From assembly GCA_958296285.1 (NCBI GenBank), contig OY282459.1:258367-322366 (forward strand): DNA of 64,000 nucleotides. The letters run 5' to 3'. Below the pieces are notes generated by a model. It was not told the DNA's origin. It saw only the letters and a program-made list of their open reading frames with translations, and did no database searches. Source of the stretch: an uncultured Alphaproteobacteria bacterium (lineage in GTDB: Bacteria > Pseudomonadota > Alphaproteobacteria > JAPOUT01 > G958296285). Below, piece after piece: positions 59,701 to 64,000 of this stretch. How positions within the stretch are numbered: the first letter of the stretch is position 1; every line of letters begins with the position of its first letter. Both the position numbers and the translations under genes were made by a program.

Positions 59701-60873
59701 CTAGTCAGGAAGGCCCAGCACGCGCTTCGCTATGACATTGAGCTGAATCTCAGAGGTTCCCCCCTCAATGGAATTGCCTTTGGAGCGAAGCCAGTTTCGG
59801 GCGGTCGCCAGCTGGCTGTCGGAAAAACTCTGCCCCTCCCAGCCCAGCGCCTCCATCCCCATCATCTCCAACAGAAGCTCAAAGCGGCGCTTATTATGCT
59901 CCGCGCCAAAATATTTGAGAATGGAGGTCGCGGCAGTCGGCCCCCCCGCCTTCGCTTCCTCCTGAACGCGCCGCAGCGTCAAGCCGAAAGCGTGGCTCTC
60001 CATCTTATGCGCCGAGACGGCATCGCGCATCGCGCCGTCGGCGACAGCGCCCTTCTCCTCGCCGCAATAATCTTTCGCGACATCCTCCATCGCGCCGCCG
60101 CCCGATGTGATGATGTCGCCGCGAAAGTCCGAGATCGCGTTCCGCTCATATTGCAAGAGCCTCTTCGCCACCGTCCAGCCCTTATGGAGATCATGGACGA
60201 GATTCTCTTTCGGGACGCGGACATTGGCGAAAAAGGTCTCGCAGAAGGGGGACGCGCCGCTGATGAGGCGTATCGGTTTCGTCTCCACGCCTTTATCGTC
60301 CATATCTATCAGCAGGAAGGAAATGCCGTCATGCTTCTTGCTCTTGTCGGTGCGGACGAGGCAGAAAATCCAGTCCGCCTTGTCGGCGTAGGACGTCCAT
60401 ATTTTTTGTCCATTGACGAGATAGTGGTCGCCTTTGTCTTCGGCTTTGGTCTGCAAGCCGGCCAGATCGGATCCGGCGCCGGGCTCCGAATAGCCTTGAC
60501 ACCATCGGATCTCGCCTTTGGCGATTTTCGGGAGATGCTCTTTCTTCTGCGCCTCATTGCCGAACTCTAGGAGGACAGGCCCGAGCATCCATATTCCGAA
60601 GGAGAGGAGCGGCGGACGCGCTCGGATTCGCGCCATTTCCTGAGCGAGGATTTTCGCCTCCTCTTTCGTCAAGCCCGCGCCGCCATAGTTTTGGGGCCAG
60701 AGGGGCGCGGTGAAGCCTTTGGCGGCGGCGCGCTCCATCCAGATTTTGCTGTCCGGATTTCTCCATTCGGCGCGGCGACCGCCCCAGACCTGCTCTTCTT
60801 CGGGCATCGGGGTTCGCATGGAGGGCGGACAATTCTCCTCCAGCCAAGCCCTCACCTCCTCGCGGAACGCCAT
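59701..60873 (-). CDS. acyl-CoA dehydrogenase (PimC-like)
   Basis: WCQGYSEPGAGSDLA, NGQKIWTS, IEGGTSEIQ. Confidence 0.92.
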   Translation of the reverse strand: MAFREEVRAWLEENCPPSMRTPMPEEEQVWGGRRAEWRNPDSKIWMERAAAKGFTAPLWPQNYGGAGLTKEEAKILAQEMARIRARPPLLSFGIWMLGPVLLEFGNEAQKKEHLPKIAKGEIRWCQGYSEPGAGSDLAGLQTKAEDKGDHYLVNGQKIWTSYADKADWIFCLVRTDKSKKHDGISFLLIDMDDKGVETKPIRLISGASPFCETFFANVRVPKENLVHDLHKGWTVAKRLLQYERNAISDFRGDIITSGGGAMEDVAKDYCGEEKGAVADGAMRDAVSAHKMESHAFGLTLRRVQEEAKAGGPTAATSILKYFGAEHNKRRFELLLEMMGMEALGWEGQSFSDSQLATARNWLRSKGNSIEGGTSEIQLNVIAKRVLGLPD

Positions 60874-60902
60874 GCCTCTCCCTCTTCGCTTCTCGGCGGG
60901 GC

Positions 60903-62048
60903 TTATTCGGCGGCGGCGAGGGCGTCCATAGAGAGATAGCGGTCTGACCCGCCATTGACGCCGATAAGATATTTGATGCCTTCTTCGGCGATCTCATCGC
61001 CGATCATCCGATCGCCTTCGCCGTAGAGTTCTTCCACATCCACGTAAGCCGCGTAGTTGGCGGAGGTGCGCTTCGTGATGATTCCGGCTTTGACGAGGGT
61101 CTTGACCAGCACGCGGAAGATGTTGGTGGCGTCCTGCATATCCTCGCGGATTTTGGCGTCCGTCATCGCTTCCATGAAGGCGTCCTGCACCCACTGCCAT
61201 TCCAATCCGAGCGGCTCATAGATGTGTTTTTTCTGCTCGGGGCTTGCCAGATTGTAGAGCAGGATGTGGAAGACTTCCCACGCCCAGTCTTCTATTTTGT
61301 CGCGCTCTTCCGGCGAGATATGGGGGATTGTGCGCTCCGCCCATATTTTGCCGAATTTATGGTGGAAGGCTTCATCGGTCATGACGAGCTGGCAGAGTTT
61401 GACCATGACCGGATCGTATCCGAATTTGTAGAAGGTTGCGAAGGCGCCCATGGCGAGTCCTTCCACCATCATTTGCATGCCGACCAGTTTTTTCCAGACG
61501 AGGGGCGAGGAGACCACATCTTGGAGGAGTCCGCCGAGCGCGTCTCCGATTTTCACAGGCTTGTCCCATCGTCTTTGGACATATTGCGAGAAGGCGGTGA
61601 CGTGTCTTGCTTCTTCGCGGGTTTGGTTGGCGGCGTATTCCTGCGCGCCTGGGTCTTTGAGGATGTGGCAGAGCGAGGCGGAGAGCGAGAGCGCGCCTTG
61701 CTCGCCGTGCAGGATGGAGGAGAAAGACCATCGGGCGTTATTATTGACGAGTTGGATTTTTTGGTCTTCGTTGAGTTTGTCGGCGACGGCGGTTTTCAGT
61801 TCGCCGCTGATTTCGGGGTCTACCAGATAGCCTTTTTTGAGGTCAAAGTCTGGCGAGAAGTCTATGTATTTTTTGTCCAGCGGGTCCCAGAAGTGGTCGT
61901 GGGTTGCGGCGATGATTTTGTCAAAGGCTGAGGATCGTTTGGCGTAGCGATCCACTTCAATCATGGCGGCGAAGTTATCGGGGGCGACGGCTTCGTAGGC
62001 GGCGTCGGCGTTGATTTGGTTTTGGGCGTTTGGGGTTTGGCGTGTCAT
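60903..62048 (-). CDS. ferritin-like diiron protein (AurF-like)
   Basis: HGEQGA, EEARH, VEGLA and DEAFH ExxH diiron ligands. Confidence 0.78.
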   Translation of the reverse strand: MTRQTPNAQNQINADAAYEAVAPDNFAAMIEVDRYAKRSSAFDKIIAATHDHFWDPLDKKYIDFSPDFDLKKGYLVDPEISGELKTAVADKLNEDQKIQLVNNNARWSFSSILHGEQGALSLSASLCHILKDPGAQEYAANQTREEARHVTAFSQYVQRRWDKPVKIGDALGGLLQDVVSSPLVWKKLVGMQMMVEGLAMGAFATFYKFGYDPVMVKLCQLVMTDEAFHHKFGKIWAERTIPHISPEERDKIEDWAWEVFHILLYNLASPEQKKHIYEPLGLEWQWVQDAFMEAMTDAKIREDMQDATNIFRVLVKTLVKAGIITKRTSANYAAYVDVEELYGEGDRMIGDEIAEEGIKYLIGVNGGSDRYLSMDALAAAE

Positions 62049-62120
62049 GGCGGGTCTCTTGGGGTTTGCGGCTTTTGGGATGGGGGGATTTTGGGGGAAT
62101 GGGGGTTAGGAGTCAAGACG

Positions 62121-62437
62121 CGCTCCAAAAAAGGGGGGTCAAGGGGGGCTTGCCCCCCTTGAGAAAGGGGGTTCGGGGGAAACCCCCGAATAGTCGGCGG
62201 GCGTGGCGAAACGAAGCGGGCGAAGCGCGACAGCGCAAGCCCGCGAGAAAGCCCGCCGACCCCCCTCCAAGAGCTCTTCTAGCAGGGGGCGCGTGGGTGG
62301 GTCGCATTTGCTCGCTTCGCGTTGCTTCGCTCGCAAATGCTTTTTTCCCACCCACCCACGCGCTTTCGGGGGGGATTCCCCCCCGATCCCCCTCTTTTTT
62401 TGGGGGGCTAGCCCCCCAAACCCCCCTTTACGGGAGC
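62121..62437 (+). repeat. nested-hairpin dispersed element, copy 9 (forward)
   Basis: complete H1-H7 architecture; GCTCC...GGAGC ends. Confidence 0.95.
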
Positions 62438-62439
62438 CG

Positions 62440-63591
62440 CTAATCCCCCCCGCGCCCCAAAAGAGAATCCGAAACAATCCGCAGCATAATCTCCGACGAC
62501 CCCTCAAAAATCTTCGTCAACCGAGAATCCCGCCAATAACGCTCCACACTATGCAAAGTCGTATAACCCGCGCCCCCCAAAATCTGCAACGCCTCAGACG
62601 AAACCCGCTCCGCCATCTCAGACGCCACATATTTCGCCCGCGCCGCCATCACCGCCATATCACCGCCCCCATCCATCGCCGCGCAAGTCTCATAAAGAAG
62701 CGCCCGCGCCGCGGCAACCTCGCTGGACATCTTCGCAAGCTTAAACCGTATCGCCTGAAAAGACCCAATAGGCCTCCCAAACTGCTCGCGCGCCTGCGCA
62801 TACGCCAACGCATCCTCCAACGCGCCCCGCGCCAAGCCAATCGCGCGCGCCGCCGTATGCGCCCGCATGACGGCAAAATCCTCCGCCAAACTATAAAAAG
62901 CGCGACCCTCCTCGCCAGCATTCTCATAAGAGGTTCGCGCCCCGTCAAAACGAAGCTCCCACGTCTTCCAGCCAAAATAGCCGATCTTCGGAATAGGCTC
63001 GCCAGTCAAGCCCTCAGGAAACCCGCCCCTCTCCTTCTCCAGCGAAATCCCCGTCAGCCCCAAATGACGCCGCCCCGCCTCGCCCGCGCCAGTCCGCGCG
63101 ATGACATAAATAAAGTCGGCGCGATCAGCGAAAGTGCACCAATATTTGTTTCCAGTGATGACCCACTCCGCGCCCTCGCGCTTGGCGCGGCACTCTATGC
63201 CCGCCACATCCGATCCCGCCTGAGGCTCGGAGATGGCGTAAGCGCCCAGATATTCCCCGCGCGCCATGGCTTTGACGCGCTCTTCGCGCCGCGCCTTGTC
63301 TCCGGGGACGCGCTTATAAAAACCGTTTCCCCGCGCCAGCAAACTGCCCACGCTCATCCAGCCGCGCGACAACGCCTCGGCGACAAGACAATATTCATAA
63401 ACGCCCAGCCCCATCCCGCCCATCTCTTTCGGGATAAGAATGCCGAAAAAGCCAAGCGCCCCCATCTTCTCAATGAGAGAGTCGGGAATGTCGCCTTTTT
63501 CCGAATCCAGCCTGTCGGCGAGAGGCAGAACCTCGCGGCGCGTGAAATCCTCCGCCGTTTCCTGAATGAGACGGCGCTCTTCGGTCATCAT
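62440..63591 (-). CDS. acyl-CoA dehydrogenase
   Basis: AISEPQAGSDV, GNKYW, REQFGRPIGSFQ, ILGGAGY, KIFEGSSEI. Confidence 0.92.
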   Translation of the reverse strand: MMTEERRLIQETAEDFTRREVLPLADRLDSEKGDIPDSLIEKMGALGFFGILIPKEMGGMGLGVYEYCLVAEALSRGWMSVGSLLARGNGFYKRVPGDKARREERVKAMARGEYLGAYAISEPQAGSDVAGIECRAKREGAEWVITGNKYWCTFADRADFIYVIARTGAGEAGRRHLGLTGISLEKERGGFPEGLTGEPIPKIGYFGWKTWELRFDGARTSYENAGEEGRAFYSLAEDFAVMRAHTAARAIGLARGALEDALAYAQAREQFGRPIGSFQAIRFKLAKMSSEVAAARALLYETCAAMDGGGDMAVMAARAKYVASEMAERVSSEALQILGGAGYTTLHSVERYWRDSRLTKIFEGSSEIMLRIVSDSLLGRGGD

Positions 63592-64000
63592 CGGGGCGTC
63601 TCCGCGTCAAGACGCTCCGCATCAAGATGCTCCGCCGCGCGCCCGCCGCGCTTTCGGATCAGCGCGCGGCGCTCCACTTCCAACACGAGCGCGCCGTCTT
63701 GGTTGAATCCCCAATGGCGGAAGAGGACTTCGCCGGCGTTTTTTGTTTCAAAGGGTCGGCATTCCAAGATTTCGCTGGCGGCGTAAAGCGTGTCGCCGTG
63801 AAAGACGGGATGGTTGAGGCGCATTTTGTCCAGACTCAGTTCGGCGATCGCTTGCGCGGCGCAATCTTGGGATGCCAAGCCCAGCACGACCGACAGAGTC
63901 GCGCCGCCGAAGACGAGCCGTCTTTTGTTGGGTTCGGAGGCGGCGAAGTCTTTATTGAAATGGACTTGCGCCGTGTTGAGGGTCATATGGGTCAGGAGGT
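63588..64000 (-). CDS. MaoC/hot-dog fold dehydratase (5' end outside window)
   Basis: TLNTAQVHF, LVFGG, PVFHGDTLYAASEIL, NQDG. Confidence 0.8.
   Translation of the reverse strand, partial: LLTHMTLNTAQVHFNKDFAASEPNKRRLVFGGATLSVVLGLASQDCAAQAIAELSLDKMRLNHPVFHGDTLYAASEILECRPFETKNAGEVLFRHWGFNQDGALVLEVERRALIRKRGGRAAEHLDAERLDAETPR

Noticed and set aside
16717..62437. Repeats as CRISPR array, Rho-independent terminators or complete IS elements
   Set aside because: There is no repeat-spacer periodicity or cas gene. They are too long, occur between divergent genes and in both orientations, and no transposase or target duplication is seen.
16717..62437. Skew switches as the chromosomal origin or terminus
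   Set aside because: Nine same-polarity switches in 46 kb with kb-scale decay do not fit a single replichore boundary. No DnaA-box cluster or dif site was recognised.
16609..62507. Many ORF-track ORFs spanning the repeats (GGLAPQTP, ASFRHARR, FPPTHA peptides)
   Set aside because: They appear in all frames and on both strands, with G/C-run length differences that shift frame between copies. They are translations of a non-coding structured repeat.
713..63786. Long antisense or off-frame ORFs such as 713-2704, 11082-12686, 26594-28024, 29155-30483, 33684-34940, 35183-36727, 62203-63786
   Set aside because: They are shadows of well-supported genes. High GC and T-poor skewed strands have few stop codons, and no motifs are recognisable.

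Overview
GC-rich alphaproteobacterial chromosome segment, judged from ctrA/chpT, ptsP, the ubiG-lysC-ptsP-ispG-prfA-prmC-DUF4167-clpB gene order and rluD-rpoH. It carries about 52 CDSs, mostly housekeeping and lipid metabolism, three tRNAs (Gly-CCC, Glu-CTC, Met-CAT) and two AT-richer defence-type genes (HEPN and AIPR) after tRNA-Met. The main unexplained feature is a family of nine ~300-400 bp non-coding elements at about 16.7, 19.6, 22.3, 23.4, 30.4, 34.9, 41.3, 58.2 and 62.1 kb. Each is built from seven nested hairpins arranged pseudo-symmetrically around a central GAGCTC. Every copy sits at a sharp, local strand-composition switch: the + strand is G/T-rich for roughly 1-2 kb to the left and C/A-rich to the right, whatever the orientation of the element or the genes. 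The bias fades with distance and is strong enough to change codons and amino acids in essential genes. This polarity fits repeated nicking or breakage at the element with resection and ssDNA deamination, or biased synthesis primed at the element; the mechanism is inference. Secondary observations are near-complete TCGA avoidance, a 15-bp hairpin unit inside coding regions, possible skew sites where an element has been lost, and a TonB receptor lacking a canonical start codon. All composition statements are by eye, not computed.
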